DNA from: an uncultured PS1 clade bacterium
GTDB lineage: Bacteria > Pseudomonadota > Alphaproteobacteria > MED-G09
Length of the DNA: 64,000 nt
Assembly (NCBI GenBank): GCA_902626605.1
Contig: CACOFZ010000001.1
Coordinates: 35,881 to 99,880 of the forward strand
Direction of reading: 5' to 3'
In this document: positions 40,774-51,391 of the stretch, piece after piece
Layout: each line of letters starts with the position of its first letter
Numbering within the stretch: the first letter of the stretch is position 1
Notes under the pieces: generated by a model
The model's input: the letters and a program-made list of their open reading frames with translations, nothing else
What the model was told of the DNA's origin: nothing
Databases searched by the model: none
Program-made: the position numbers and the translations under genes

Positions 40774-41649
40774 TTAAAGCAATCCAAAACCTTTTTTGAT
40801 TGGATATAGATCCTCAAATTCAGGATCTTTTTTCTCAATTTGAGCACTCAAGGCTTCTTTCATATCTACTTGAGGGTTATACATGCCTGTTTGCCACATG
40901 GCGATTTGATTAAGGCCTTCTTCAATTGTTCTCCCGCGAGTATAATTAATGGCTTCTTTGGAGCCCCATACAGCGAGAGGAGATTTTTTTGCAATTTCTT
41001 TTGCTATCTGCATTACTTCTTTCATCATTTCGTCATAGTTTGTAAAAATATTATTCACTAGCCCGCAATCTTTGGCCTCATTTGAAAACATTCTTCTACC
41101 AGTGAATGCAAGTTCTTTTACTAGACCCATTGGCAATAAGTAGGGAAGCCTCGGGAAAGTTCCAACATCTGCTGTCATACCTATATTAATTTCTTGGATA
41201 CAGAAAAAGGCATCATCAGTGCAATACCTCATATCGCAAGCTGAAGCAAAGTCTACCGCTCCACCTATACAACCACCTTGTATAGCCATAAGGACAGGAA
41301 CTCTTGAGTTGTCAATACAATTAAACGTTTCTTGAAGTTTAAGAAGGCCTTTGTAAAAACTACCTTTTTTCCTTCCTGGATCGGTTTTTGGATTTTCTTC
41401 ATTTCGAGCATTTTCTGCATCACTAAATACTGATAAATCCATTCCAGCGCTAAAATGTTTACCTGTGGATGATATAACAATTACTCTTGCTAGAGCGTCA
41501 TGATCGATTTCATTAATGATTTTTGGTAAGTCTGACCAAAAAGATATTGGTAGACTATTCATTTTTTCCGGTCTGTTAAGTATTATATGTGCAATTCTAT
41601 CTTGAATATCTATTTTAAAACATTCAAACTTTTCATCTGTAAGTGACAT
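40774..41649 (-). CDS. Crotonase family, delta3,5-delta2,4-dienoyl-CoA isomerase (ECH1)-like
   Basis: LNRPEKMN, FSAGMDL, GGAVDFASACD, IQEINIGMTADVG. Confidence 0.85.
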   Translation of the reverse strand: MSLTDEKFECFKIDIQDRIAHIILNRPEKMNSLPISFWSDLPKIINEIDHDALARVIVISSTGKHFSAGMDLSVFSDAENARNEENPKTDPGRKKGSFYKGLLKLQETFNCIDNSRVPVLMAIQGGCIGGAVDFASACDMRYCTDDAFFCIQEINIGMTADVGTFPRLPYLLPMGLVKELAFTGRRMFSNEAKDCGLVNNIFTNYDEMMKEVMQIAKEIAKKSPLAVWGSKEAINYTRGRTIEEGLNQIAMWQTGMYNPQVDMKEALSAQIEKKDPEFEDLYPIKKGFGLL

Positions 41650-41736
41650 TTAAAATTCCTTTATCTAAAAATTATAAGATACTATATTAATATTAAATTT
41701 CTAGCATGTTTTTGTATGTTTTTTTAGGAGAAAATT

Positions 41737-42591
41737 ATGGCAATTGATTATGATAAAATTATGTCTATGAAAACCAATGATGTTGAGTACTCATATACCG
41801 ACAATGATACAATGCTTTATGCTCTTGGTGTTGGTTTTGGAAGAGATCCTCTAAATAGAAAAGAATTAGATTTTGTCTATGAAAAAAATTTAAAAACAAT
41901 ACCTTCAATGGCAACAGTTATAGCATGGGGCGCAGGGCATATGCGGGATAGTGGAATTAATTATCTTATGGTTGTACATGGCGAGCAAAGACTTAAAATT
42001 CACCAACCTCTTCCAGTTGCTGCAAATATTTTGGTAGACTCTAAAGTGACTGATGTTATTGATAAGGGCAAAGATAAGGGTGCTTTATTAATTACCGAAG
42101 TAAATATTAAGAATAAAGAGACAGGAAATCTTTTATGTACATTAGGTGGAACAACCTTCGCTAGAGGCGATGGAGGTTTTGGTGGACCAAAAGAGGGTGG
42201 ACCTAAACCACATCCTATTCCAAATAGAGATCCTGATATTATAAGTGAGTTAAGTACATCACCTGATCAAGCTCTTTTATATAGATTATCCGGTGATAGA
42301 AATCCACTTCATTCAGATCCAGATGTGGCAGAAGCAGCAGGTTTTCCAAAACCAATACTTCATGGGTTGTGTTCTTATGGAACTGCCTGTAAATCAATTA
42401 TTCAAGATGTTTGTGATTATGATAGTTCGTTAATCAAGCAATTAGATGTTAGATTTTCTTCACCAGTATTTCCAGGTGAAAAAATTTCTACTGAAATTTG
42501 GGTTGATGATAAAGAAATTTCATTTAGATCTTGGGTTAAAGATAGAAATGTAATGGTCATAAATAATGGTAAGTGTGTTCTACGAAGTTAA
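41737..42591 (+). CDS. MaoC-family double-hotdog (R)-specific enoyl-CoA hydratase
   Basis: LYALGVG, VHGEQ, hydratase-2 motif YRLSGDRNPLHSDP, ILHGLC. Confidence 0.92.
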   Translation: MAIDYDKIMSMKTNDVEYSYTDNDTMLYALGVGFGRDPLNRKELDFVYEKNLKTIPSMATVIAWGAGHMRDSGINYLMVVHGEQRLKIHQPLPVAANILVDSKVTDVIDKGKDKGALLITEVNIKNKETGNLLCTLGGTTFARGDGGFGGPKEGGPKPHPIPNRDPDIISELSTSPDQALLYRLSGDRNPLHSDPDVAEAAGFPKPILHGLCSYGTACKSIIQDVCDYDSSLIKQLDVRFSSPVFPGEKISTEIWVDDKEISFRSWVKDRNVMVINNGKCVLRS

Positions 42592-42881
42592 AACTTTCTA
42601 AACCTTTCTGATAAATCTAACGCAATCATACAAATTAGGATTAGTATTACTAGACCGTTTAATGCATCAATAAAATTAATATCTTTTGATAAATTATTAT
42701 TTTTATTTGTATTACTAATTAAGATTTCTTTATTTGTTTGAGGTAAATCTATTTCAATAATTTTTTCTGAAATTTTTAATTTACTCCCATCTGTTTGGTT
42801 ATCTTTTCCGATCTTATTCAAAGAATTGTTCTCTATAACTACATTATTTTTATTATTTATAGAGTTATTTTCCTCATCCAT
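42588..42881 (-). CDS. Hypothetical Asn-rich protein with single C-terminal hydrophobic helix
   Basis: GGAGG SD upstream of ATG 42881; ALNGLVILILICMIAL followed by basic ERFRKF. Confidence 0.55.
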   Translation of the reverse strand: MDEENNSINNKNNVVIENNSLNKIGKDNQTDGSKLKISEKIIEIDLPQTNKEILISNTNKNNNLSKDINFIDALNGLVILILICMIALDLSERFRKF

Positions 42882-42952
42882 GATTGCCTCCATAAGTAAT
42901 CTTAACTTAATAACCTTAGATTAAGAAATAAATTCGAAAGCTTTTAGATTTT

Positions 42953-43867
42953 TTAAACTCTACTCTTAATTTTTATTATTTCTTTTTGTATTATTTCTGG
43001 ATGTTCCATTGGTAAAAAATGTGAAGAATTATTAATAACTTTAAAGGTCCCATTTGGATCTTGCTTCTTTAAAAGTCTTATTCCTGGCTCTTGAGTTGTG
43101 GAGCCAATCTCTCCTTGTAAAAGAGTGATTGGACAATTTATCTTTTTTATTGCCTCCATGGCATTATGTTTCCATGATGAAAAAGTTGCTGCTTCCCATT
43201 CAGGGTGACAAGTAAGAATATGTTTATCTCCCTCTATTTTAGTTCCACCGTCTATGTAATCATCTAAAAAACCATCTACCCAAGTTGTAAAAGCACCTCT
43301 TCCTTTATATGATTTTTTAATCATTTCCTTATTAGGAAATTCTCTTCGTCGCTTTAAGGTGCTATCAGCTCTTGATATAGCTTCTTTGATAAATGGCAAT
43401 AATTTAGAAATAGGAAATTTTCTTCCTAGTTTTATTAAGTTTAAATTTTTTTTTGGAATTAAAACTGGCTCTATTAAAACTAATCCTGACACAAGTTCCG
43501 GCCTAGATGCAGCCACTTGCATAATTGTTGCACCACCCATAGAGTGTCCACCTAAAATTATTGGCTTGCCTTTTTCCTCAACAAAATTTTCTACTGAACG
43601 TATTAAGTCATCTCTGTATGTTACCCAATTATACATTTTTTTTGGTATAGCCTCAGTTTCTGTAAAACCGTGACCTCTGGCATCAATTGCTCTTATATGA
43701 AATTCATTTGAAAGTGGTTCCAATAATTTTCTATAAGTTAGAGAATTAAAACCAGTAGCGTGTGAAAACTGAAAACCTGGCAATCCCGACTCATTGTTCC
43801 ATTCAATATATGAAATATTTCCATCACCAAAATTGTGAAATTTTTTTGTAAACTGTTCTTTTTTCAT
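42953..43867 (-). CDS. Alpha/beta hydrolase
   Basis: HATGF, DARGHG, GHSMGG nucleophile elbow, SHFLPME. Confidence 0.88.
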   Translation of the reverse strand: MKKEQFTKKFHNFGDGNISYIEWNNESGLPGFQFSHATGFNSLTYRKLLEPLSNEFHIRAIDARGHGFTETEAIPKKMYNWVTYRDDLIRSVENFVEEKGKPIILGGHSMGGATIMQVAASRPELVSGLVLIEPVLIPKKNLNLIKLGRKFPISKLLPFIKEAISRADSTLKRRREFPNKEMIKKSYKGRGAFTTWVDGFLDDYIDGGTKIEGDKHILTCHPEWEAATFSSWKHNAMEAIKKINCPITLLQGEIGSTTQEPGIRLLKKQDPNGTFKVINNSSHFLPMEHPEIIQKEIIKIKSRV

Positions 43868-44746
43868 TTAGAGATTTCTGTACCAATTTGATATAGCCTC
43901 ACCAATTTCTTTTGGTGAGTCTTCTTGAATAAAATGGTTTCCCTTAACAGTCAATTCTTGTTGATTTTTCCATTTTCTACAAAATTCTCTCTGTTTTCCT
44001 GTTAAAATTGATCCAGGGTCAGCATTTATAAATAATTTCGGTATCTCATTTAAAGACATCCAGGATGAATAATCTTCTACAATTTTACATACATCCTCAG
44101 GTTCATTGTTTATTGGGATTTGTCTTGGCCAATCTAACGTGGGTCTTCTATCGATTTCTTTTATAAAGGGTCTTCGATAAACACTCATTTCACTCTCTGT
44201 TAAATTTCGAATGATTGCATTTGGAAGAATCCCCTCAATAAATAAATTTTTTTTCAAAATTAAATTTTCACCTGCATCTGATCTAAACCCTTGGAAAATT
44301 GATTTAGCATCTTCGGGCCAATCATTCCATGTAATGTTTTTTACAATAGCCTCCATATAGCATATTCCTTTTACATTTTGTTGGTGCTCATAAGCCCAAT
44401 TAAAACCTAATGCTGAACCCCAATCATGAATTACAAAAGTAGTATTTTTATTTATTCCTAATTCTTCAATACAGGCATCAAAATATTTTTTTTGAATATG
44501 ATAGGAATAAGTATTATTACCCTTATCAGTAAGTTTATCACTATCTCCCATACCAATTAAATCAATTGCTATGCATCTTCCTTGGTTCTCCAAGTATGGA
44601 ATAATATTTCTCCAAAGATACGAGGATGTCGGATTACCATGCTGAAAAATAATTGGATTACCTTCACCTTTTTCAATATATGACATATTTTTTCCAAGAA
44701 CCTTGATATTCTTTTTTTCAGGCTCTTGATCAGATATTTCTATCAT
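43868..44746 (-). CDS. Haloalkane dehalogenase (HLD-II, LinB/DhaA-like)
   Basis: HGNPTSSYLWRN, DLIGMGDSDK, HDWGSALG, YMEAI, PTLDWPRQIP, GNHFIQEDSP; start moved to ATG 44746. Confidence 0.92.
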   Translation of the reverse strand: MIEISDQEPEKKNIKVLGKNMSYIEKGEGNPIIFQHGNPTSSYLWRNIIPYLENQGRCIAIDLIGMGDSDKLTDKGNNTYSYHIQKKYFDACIEELGINKNTTFVIHDWGSALGFNWAYEHQQNVKGICYMEAIVKNITWNDWPEDAKSIFQGFRSDAGENLILKKNLFIEGILPNAIIRNLTESEMSVYRRPFIKEIDRRPTLDWPRQIPINNEPEDVCKIVEDYSSWMSLNEIPKLFINADPGSILTGKQREFCRKWKNQQELTVKGNHFIQEDSPKEIGEAISNWYRNL

Positions 44747-44747
44747 T

Positions 44748-45533
44748 TTATTTCCCTTTGAAATCAGGTTTTCTTTTTGAGGTAAAGGCTTCAATTCCCT
44801 CTGGGCCATCCAAACCCTTTAATTGTTCATAGAAAATTTGAGATTCTAGCTCCATCTGAGTTTCCAAACCATTGGAAAAACTTTGTCTTAGCATTTCTTT
44901 AATACCGCCGAACGCCTTAGTAGGTCCATTTGCAATCTTCATGGCAAGTTTGTTTGTTTCACTAATTACATCTTCATCATTTACAACTTTATTTATTAAT
45001 CCCCAGTCAAGTGCTTCTTTGGAAGATAAAACTCTATTAGTTAACATTAATTCCATTGTTCTCTTTTTACCAATAGATCTTGGAAGGTGGAATGTTGAAC
45101 TTCCGTCTGGGGTAAGGCCTGCTGCGGTATATGCAGATGAAAATTTTACATTTTCTCCGGCTACTGCCATATCGCAAGCCGAAACAAGGGATAGACCAGC
45201 GCCTGCAGCTGTTCCAGTAATAGCTCCTATCATAGGAACATCTAAATGATCAATTTTTGATAATGCAACATGAAGTATGCCTATCATTTCTGAAATTGCT
45301 GCCCGTAGATTTTTTTGTTCGGTCATGAATTTTAGATCACCACCTGCGCAAAATATCGGACCTTCGCCTTGAAGAATAAGTACTCTTACTTTTTCTCCAG
45401 ACTCACATCTAATGGCTACATCTAGAAGCTCCTTAACAAGAGGTATGGTAATTGCATTAGCCGAATTTGGTCTATTGAGAGTTATTCTTCCAATGTTATC
45501 TTCAATATTAAATTTTAAGTTTTCATATTTCAT
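44748..45533 (-). CDS. Enoyl-CoA hydratase/isomerase (PaaG-like)
   Basis: LNRP, FCAGGDL, AAGAGLSLVSACD, GLTPDGSS (Asp instead of the hydratase Glu pair). Confidence 0.85.
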   Translation of the reverse strand: MKYENLKFNIEDNIGRITLNRPNSANAITIPLVKELLDVAIRCESGEKVRVLILQGEGPIFCAGGDLKFMTEQKNLRAAISEMIGILHVALSKIDHLDVPMIGAITGTAAGAGLSLVSACDMAVAGENVKFSSAYTAAGLTPDGSSTFHLPRSIGKKRTMELMLTNRVLSSKEALDWGLINKVVNDEDVISETNKLAMKIANGPTKAFGGIKEMLRQSFSNGLETQMELESQIFYEQLKGLDGPEGIEAFTSKRKPDFKGK

Positions 45534-45601
45534 TATTCGTCCTTTAAAAACTATTTTTATAAATCATTTTATAGAGGTCAATAAATTTATTTTTCTATGT
45601 T

Positions 45602-47236
45602 TTAACGAGCTTCAGCTTCAAGAGGTAAAAATAGTTTTGATGCTTTATAAAAACATAAAGCCGCAATTGGATATAATATTATACCCAAGCTTAAAAGTGA
45701 ATATCTTATCCCTGTCTGATCGTAACCATTTGCTTCATTAAAGATATAATCATTGAAGAATCCTAATGCAAAAGGTCCAAGAGCAAATCCTACAACATTA
45801 GCGCTAATATAGTATATTGATGCTGTTCTTCCTCTAAGGTTAATTGGTGAAGCATTTTGAAATGCCGCTCCATATAAGCCTGGTCCACATGACATAAAGA
45901 AAATCATCCCTGCTAGACCAATTTGTGAGAATAGCGAGTTAGTGGAAAGGGTAAAAAGTAAAAGTGAAACCCATATCAGAGTAACAAAAATACCAGCAAT
46001 TCTTAAGTGAGCATTAATAATACCTTTTTGAATCATTTTACTAGCTATAATACCAGCACCAATACTTCCTCCAATACCAAGAAAAATATTAAAGATACCA
46101 AAATTTTGACCAGCTATTGTTTTAGGAATATCGTGAACTCTTACCAACATTTCTATTCCCCAAGCTAAAACAGAATAGCCAACTAGACCGGTTATGGTTA
46201 CTCCAACAAACATTAAAAGAAAAAATTTCCAGGCTTTTAAAAAGAAAAATTCGAAGGAGTCTTCTTTTATTGTTTTGATTGATCCCCATTGATTATTGTT
46301 TGGGTCCCCTTTTTTAAAAAAACAGTATAAAGAAATAAAAGGAATTAAAATAAGCCAACCGGTTTTATTAAAATCATGACATCGTCTTATATGTATGACT
46401 GCTGATAAATATATAGCCAATAATAAGATTATACTATTCAAAAATATTGATTGAAAAAAAGCAACTAGATAAAAGACGATAGCTAAAAGTAAACTTACAA
46501 TAAAGTATTGCAGAATAAAATCCATTCTATTTGTTCTTCCTGACGGATTAAAAAAATAGTTTAAAAAATAACTATTATCTTTTTTTAGATTTTGTTCATT
46601 TTTTTCTACGCTACCAGTTTCTGGAAAAGGTAAAAATTTAAGTGCTAATGCGAATAGTAAGCCAGGAATTGCAAATAAGAAAAAAGTTACCCTCCAATCA
46701 GAAAATTCTGATAAAAAACCCAAATATGGTTTGATTTTATCCATATTAGTTATCATTGCAGCCCCGCCCCAGCCAGCAAGTGCAGATCCTAAAAATGGTC
46801 CAGCTCCCCAAATACCAAGGGCTAAAGGAAGTTTTTCTCTTGTAAAATATGCTGATAAAACAACCAAGGCAATTGGTCCTAATGCTGCTTCTCCAACACC
46901 AACTCCAATTCTAAAAATTATTAAATCCCAAAATTGTTGAGCTATCCCGCAGAGACCTGTTAAAAGACTCCACATTAATATTGCAAAAATAAGAACATTT
47001 TTTCGATATGGTGTATCCGCTAATCTTCCAAAAATCAAAGTTGCTATTCCAAAAAATATTGCAAAAACTGTTCCAAAAAGAAATCCTATTTCTGCATCCG
47101 TTAATAATAGCTCAGCTTTTAATTCTGGTATCATTATGGATGGAAGTTGCCTATCAGCAAATGAATAGGTATTAATTGCTGTAAGCAAAAAAGCTGCGGT
47201 CCATGCTAAGGTTGATGATAATTTCTGTAATGGCAT
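45602..47236 (-). CDS. MFS transporter (spinster-like) with an inserted DUF805-like domain
   Basis: DRQ in TM1, motif A GRLADTPYRK, RIGVGVGEA, WRVTF; C-bundle P-LRGRTAS..GPFALG; central insert described in findings. Confidence 0.88.
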   Translation of the reverse strand: MPLQKLSSTLAWTAAFLLTAINTYSFADRQLPSIMIPELKAELLLTDAEIGFLFGTVFAIFFGIATLIFGRLADTPYRKNVLIFAILMWSLLTGLCGIAQQFWDLIIFRIGVGVGEAALGPIALVVLSAYFTREKLPLALGIWGAGPFLGSALAGWGGAAMITNMDKIKPYLGFLSEFSDWRVTFFLFAIPGLLFALALKFLPFPETGSVEKNEQNLKKDNSYFLNYFFNPSGRTNRMDFILQYFIVSLLLAIVFYLVAFFQSIFLNSIILLLAIYLSAVIHIRRCHDFNKTGWLILIPFISLYCFFKKGDPNNNQWGSIKTIKEDSFEFFFLKAWKFFLLMFVGVTITGLVGYSVLAWGIEMLVRVHDIPKTIAGQNFGIFNIFLGIGGSIGAGIIASKMIQKGIINAHLRIAGIFVTLIWVSLLLFTLSTNSLFSQIGLAGMIFFMSCGPGLYGAAFQNASPINLRGRTASIYYISANVVGFALGPFALGFFNDYIFNEANGYDQTGIRYSLLSLGIILYPIAALCFYKASKLFLPLEAEAR

Positions 47237-47247
47237 TATTGTTACTT

Positions 47248-47829
47248 TTAGTGCTTATAAATTGAATTTTTCGGTTTACTAAGAACTCTATGAACCATTG
47301 GCTCAAAATCATCCAATGACATTGACTCGTAATTTGGATCAAAGGCACATTGATCGTATAAGTGACAGAATTGAGCTGTATATTCGAAATAATCATGGCC
47401 TTTAAATTGATCCCGCATATTCTTATCTAACCCTAAGTGATCAAAAAAGTAATAGCCTTGAAAAATTCCATGATGATTTAGCATCCAATGATTTTTTTCA
47501 GATACAAAAGGTTTTAAAATCGCTGCGCCAATTTCAGCATGGTTATGTGATCCTAGCATATCTCCAATATCATGCATTAAGGCGCAGATAACATATTCAT
47601 CATCCCTATTATCTTTAAAAGCGCGAGTTGCAGTTTGTAAACTATGCTCAAGTCTATCGACTGAAAAGCCACCATGATCATCTTTGAGTAATTTAAGGTG
47701 GTCTAGAATCCTGTAGGAAAGGTTTTGATTGAATTCTCTTGCGTATCCAGAGATTATACCCCAGTCCTCCTGTGTTGATGAGGCCATATCTTTGTAAGTA
47801 GCTCTGTCTTTTTTTATATTTTCAGTCAT
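47248..47829 (-). CDS. HD-domain metalloprotein (PhnZ/MIOX-like spacing of His ligands)
   Basis: RLEHSLQTATRA, ALMHDIGD, NHAEIGAAIL, NHHG, YDQ.AFDP. Confidence 0.8.
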   Translation of the reverse strand: MTENIKKDRATYKDMASSTQEDWGIISGYAREFNQNLSYRILDHLKLLKDDHGGFSVDRLEHSLQTATRAFKDNRDDEYVICALMHDIGDMLGSHNHAEIGAAILKPFVSEKNHWMLNHHGIFQGYYFFDHLGLDKNMRDQFKGHDYFEYTAQFCHLYDQCAFDPNYESMSLDDFEPMVHRVLSKPKNSIYKH

Positions 47830-47933
47830 GATTATCCCCTAACTCGACAATCTTAAATTATTTTATTATTAATTCAAACATTTATAAAAATTAAAATGTT
47901 TTTTATTCTTTTTTTTTATAGTAGATATTTCAA

Positions 47934-49751
47934 ATGAAAAAAATAATAACAAAATCTTATATTATCCTTCTATTGGTAAGTATTACAGGTTGTGAAACAT
48001 CAAAATCAATTAATTATGATTTAAATATAAATAAAGTATCAATTGAAACTCTTAGAATTACAAATAATTCAGAAATTTTAGGTTCAATTGATTCCTCAGG
48101 AGTATATAAGTGGTTAGGAATTCCCTATGCTGAAAAACCTATTAATGGTCTTCGATGGAGAGCGCCCCGAGAAATAGAAAATTATAGTAAAAAATATGAA
48201 GCTATTTCTTTTAAAGAACCTTGTGTTCAGTTTCAGTCCTCTCTTACAAATAATGGCCTAGTTAAGCCCGGGGCGATTGTTGGTTCAGAGGATTGCTTAT
48301 ATTTAAATATTTACTCTCCGGCCTTATCTAAAGATCAAATATCTAGGGATAATATTAATTTGCCTGTAATGGTTTGGATACATGGTGGTGGTAACACAAC
48401 CGGAATGCCTTCCGAGTATAATCCTGAAATATTTGTTAAATCAGAAAGAATAATTTTTGTAAGCATTGCATATAGATTAGGAATTTTTGGCTGGTTATCT
48501 CATCCTGAATTAAGAGAGCAAGATGGTATAGACTCCTCTTCTAATTTTGCACTATTAGATCAAATAATGGCTTTAAAATGGGTAAAAGAAAATATCCAAT
48601 TTTTTGGAGGCAATCCAAATAATATAACTATTTTTGGTGAAAGTGCCGGTGGTCAAAATGTGATAGCTCTTTATTCATCACCTTTGGCAAAAGGTTTATT
48701 CGATAGAGCAATTTCTCAATCTGGTGGAACATCAGTAACATCAATTAAAGATGCTGAAAAAATTAATCGCTCTGATCCTAGTTATAAAAGTAGTTATAAA
48801 AATAGACATGTAACAACAGAAGAATGGGTAAATATTTTAAATAAAAAAGGTTTAATCCCGTCAAAATTTGGTGAGAAAAATAACCTATTTGATATAAGGT
48901 CTCTTGACTCTTCAGCTCTTATGAGCGGAATTGATAAAGGAGAATTTTGGGGCTCACAAAGAGATTTAGCAAGAATAATCAGCGATAATGTTGTAATTCC
49001 GGAAGAAGGAATTTTAGAAACACTAAAGGATGCGAGTAAACATGCAAATGTTCCAATTATTCTTGGAATTAATAAAGACGAAAATAAGTTATTTAATTTT
49101 TTTAATAAAAATTTAGTAAGAAATTTTTTTAACAGGTTTTTTTTAGTAAAGGATTCTTTTTACTATGATATTTTATCTGATTATCAGAGTCTTGCTTGGA
49201 GATCTAATGGTTTAGATACACCTGCTGACATAATTCATCAGAGCGGACAAAACAATATTTATACATATAGATTTGATTGGGATGAAGAGCCAAAAATTTT
49301 AGGAATGGATTTCTCTTTGTTATTAGGTGCAGCCCATGCCTTTGAGATCCCATTTATAATGGGAGATTTTGACCTAGGTGACCAAACATCATTTATTTAC
49401 GATAAAGATAAGATAAAAGAACGAAATATTTTATCTGCTAGCATGATGCAATATTGGTCAGAGTTTGCAAAAAAAGGTAATCCAGATAGAGGCAGTAATA
49501 AAAATTTGGCACGTTGGGAAAAATGGAAAACATTTGAAGGAAATTCCAAAATAATGATTTTGGATACAATCTCTTCTGGCGGAAGTAGAATTATAAATAG
49601 TCATGTTCCAATTGAAGCTCTTGTTGAGACTTTTAATAACGATCCAAGGTCAAAAAAAATTGAGGATAAATGTGCCTTTCTAGAGATAGTTTTTTCATGG
49701 GTTGACAATTGGAAAGAAAAGAATAATTCGTGTATCAATTATGAAAGTTAA
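47934..49751 (+). CDS. Type-B carboxylesterase, lipoprotein
   Basis: Lipobox ITG-C; GIPYA, SEDCLYLNI, WIHGGG, FGESAGG, AAHAFEIPF. Confidence 0.92.
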   Translation: MKKIITKSYIILLLVSITGCETSKSINYDLNINKVSIETLRITNNSEILGSIDSSGVYKWLGIPYAEKPINGLRWRAPREIENYSKKYEAISFKEPCVQFQSSLTNNGLVKPGAIVGSEDCLYLNIYSPALSKDQISRDNINLPVMVWIHGGGNTTGMPSEYNPEIFVKSERIIFVSIAYRLGIFGWLSHPELREQDGIDSSSNFALLDQIMALKWVKENIQFFGGNPNNITIFGESAGGQNVIALYSSPLAKGLFDRAISQSGGTSVTSIKDAEKINRSDPSYKSSYKNRHVTTEEWVNILNKKGLIPSKFGEKNNLFDIRSLDSSALMSGIDKGEFWGSQRDLARIISDNVVIPEEGILETLKDASKHANVPIILGINKDENKLFNFFNKNLVRNFFNRFFLVKDSFYYDILSDYQSLAWRSNGLDTPADIIHQSGQNNIYTYRFDWDEEPKILGMDFSLLLGAAHAFEIPFIMGDFDLGDQTSFIYDKDKIKERNILSASMMQYWSEFAKKGNPDRGSNKNLARWEKWKTFEGNSKIMILDTISSGGSRIINSHVPIEALVETFNNDPRSKKIEDKCAFLEIVFSWVDNWKEKNNSCINYES

Positions 49752-50739
49752 TAAAAAATATAATTGTTTGTTTATTGGAAATGCAATTATCGATGTTGTT
49801 TCTGAAGTTTCATTCAATTTTTTAGAAGAACAAAAAATTGATATTGGGTCTTGGAGACCAGTTTCAGTTAATGAAATTAATGAATTACAAGGAAAAATGA
49901 ATAATACTATTATTGCTTCAGGAGGATCCGCTGCCAATTCTGCAGTTGGCTTTTCATTATTGGGGGGTAGCAGTGCTTTCATAGGAAGAGTTAAGAACGA
50001 TGATTTTGGTTCTCTTTATATAAATGATCTTAAAGAGGCTAACGTTGACTTTATATCTAATCCTGTAGATTTAGGTGACGAAACAGGAAGATGTCTTGTT
50101 TATGTATCACCTGATGCACAAAGATCTATGAGAACATATCTAGGAGCAGCATCAAACTTATCCCCGGATAACCTTAATATTGATGCATTCGAAAACTCTG
50201 AAATAGTATATATGGAAGGTTATCTATGGGATGAGCCGGTCGCAAAAGAGGCTTATAAAAAAGCTTTTGCAGTATCCAAAGATTTAGAGATTAAATCTGC
50301 TTTAAGTTTATCTGATAAATTCTGTGTGGAAAAATGGAGAGAAGAATTTAGGGGTCTTACCGAAAATACAGATATTGTATTTGGTAATGAAGAAGAAATA
50401 ATGACTTTGTACGATACTAATATTTTATCAAATGCTATTTCTGCAGCATCAAATGAAATAAATTTATGTATAATTACTCGAGGAGAAAAGGGATCCATCA
50501 TTATTTCATCAGATGGTGTTGAAGAAGTTCCATCATATCCATGTGAAAATGTAATTGATACAACTGGAGCTGGAGATTTATTTGCCGCAGGTTTTTTATA
50601 TGGATTAAGTATTAACTTAAGACTTTATGAATGCGCAAAACTTGGCTCTTTTTGTGCATCTAATGTGATTAATATTTTTGGACCTAGGCCAAACAACAAT
50701 TTACTTCAGCTCGTTAAAAATGAAGGCTTGTTGACATAG
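49741..50739 (+). CDS. PfkB-family kinase (adenosine kinase-like)
   Basis: [46 protein letters not shown]. Confidence 0.9.
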   Translation: MKVNKKYNCLFIGNAIIDVVSEVSFNFLEEQKIDIGSWRPVSVNEINELQGKMNNTIIASGGSAANSAVGFSLLGGSSAFIGRVKNDDFGSLYINDLKEANVDFISNPVDLGDETGRCLVYVSPDAQRSMRTYLGAASNLSPDNLNIDAFENSEIVYMEGYLWDEPVAKEAYKKAFAVSKDLEIKSALSLSDKFCVEKWREEFRGLTENTDIVFGNEEEIMTLYDTNILSNAISAASNEINLCIITRGEKGSIIISSDGVEEVPSYPCENVIDTTGAGDLFAAGFLYGLSINLRLYECAKLGSFCASNVINIFGPRPNNNLLQLVKNEGLLT

Positions 50740-50764
50740 GTTCTTTTGCTATTATGAGGTTATT

Positions 50765-51391
50765 ATGAATATAAAATCACTTTTAGTAAATAAAGATAGA
50801 TCTCTTCCAGGAAGAGAGGAAGCAATCAAAATTTCTCCAAATCATTTTGTAAATGATAATAAGATTTTAGAGCCCTTTCCAGATGGTGTTATCTTTGCAG
50901 ACTTTGGCTTAGGATGTTTTTGGGGAGCAGAACGAATTTTTTGGACTCAAGACGGTATTTATTCAACTGCTGTTGGTTATATGGGTGGTTATACAAAAAA
51001 TCCGACTTATGAAGAGGTTTGTTCTGGATTAACAGCGCATACTGAGGTTGTGAGAGTTTTTTTCAATCCCTCAGCTATTTCTTATAAGGCTTTATTAGAA
51101 GTCTTTTGGGAGTCTCATAATCCTACACAAGGGATGCGCCAAGGTAATGATACGGGAACACAATATCGCTCCGCTATTTATACTCACAGCGATTTACAAA
51201 GAGAATTAGCATTAGAGAGTAAAGAAATCTTTCAAAAAAGCCTTCTAGATAATTCTTATGGAACGATAACAACTGAAATTAGAAATGAAGAAAATTTTTA
51301 TTATGCTGAAGAATATCATCAACAATACCTAGCAAAAAATCCAAATGGTTACTGTGGAATTGGTGGATTAGGCATTTCATGCAAAATTTAG
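50765..51391 (+). CDS. msrA: Peptide-methionine (S)-S-oxide reductase
   Basis: [35 protein letters not shown]. Confidence 0.96.
   Translation: MNIKSLLVNKDRSLPGREEAIKISPNHFVNDNKILEPFPDGVIFADFGLGCFWGAERIFWTQDGIYSTAVGYMGGYTKNPTYEEVCSGLTAHTEVVRVFFNPSAISYKALLEVFWESHNPTQGMRQGNDTGTQYRSAIYTHSDLQRELALESKEIFQKSLLDNSYGTITTEIRNEENFYYAEEYHQQYLAKNPNGYCGIGGLGISCKI

Noticed and set aside
42910-42925. CtrA-like box ATAA-CCTTAGA-TTAA
   Set aside because: One mismatch to TTAA-N7-TTAA in very AT-rich DNA; expected by chance
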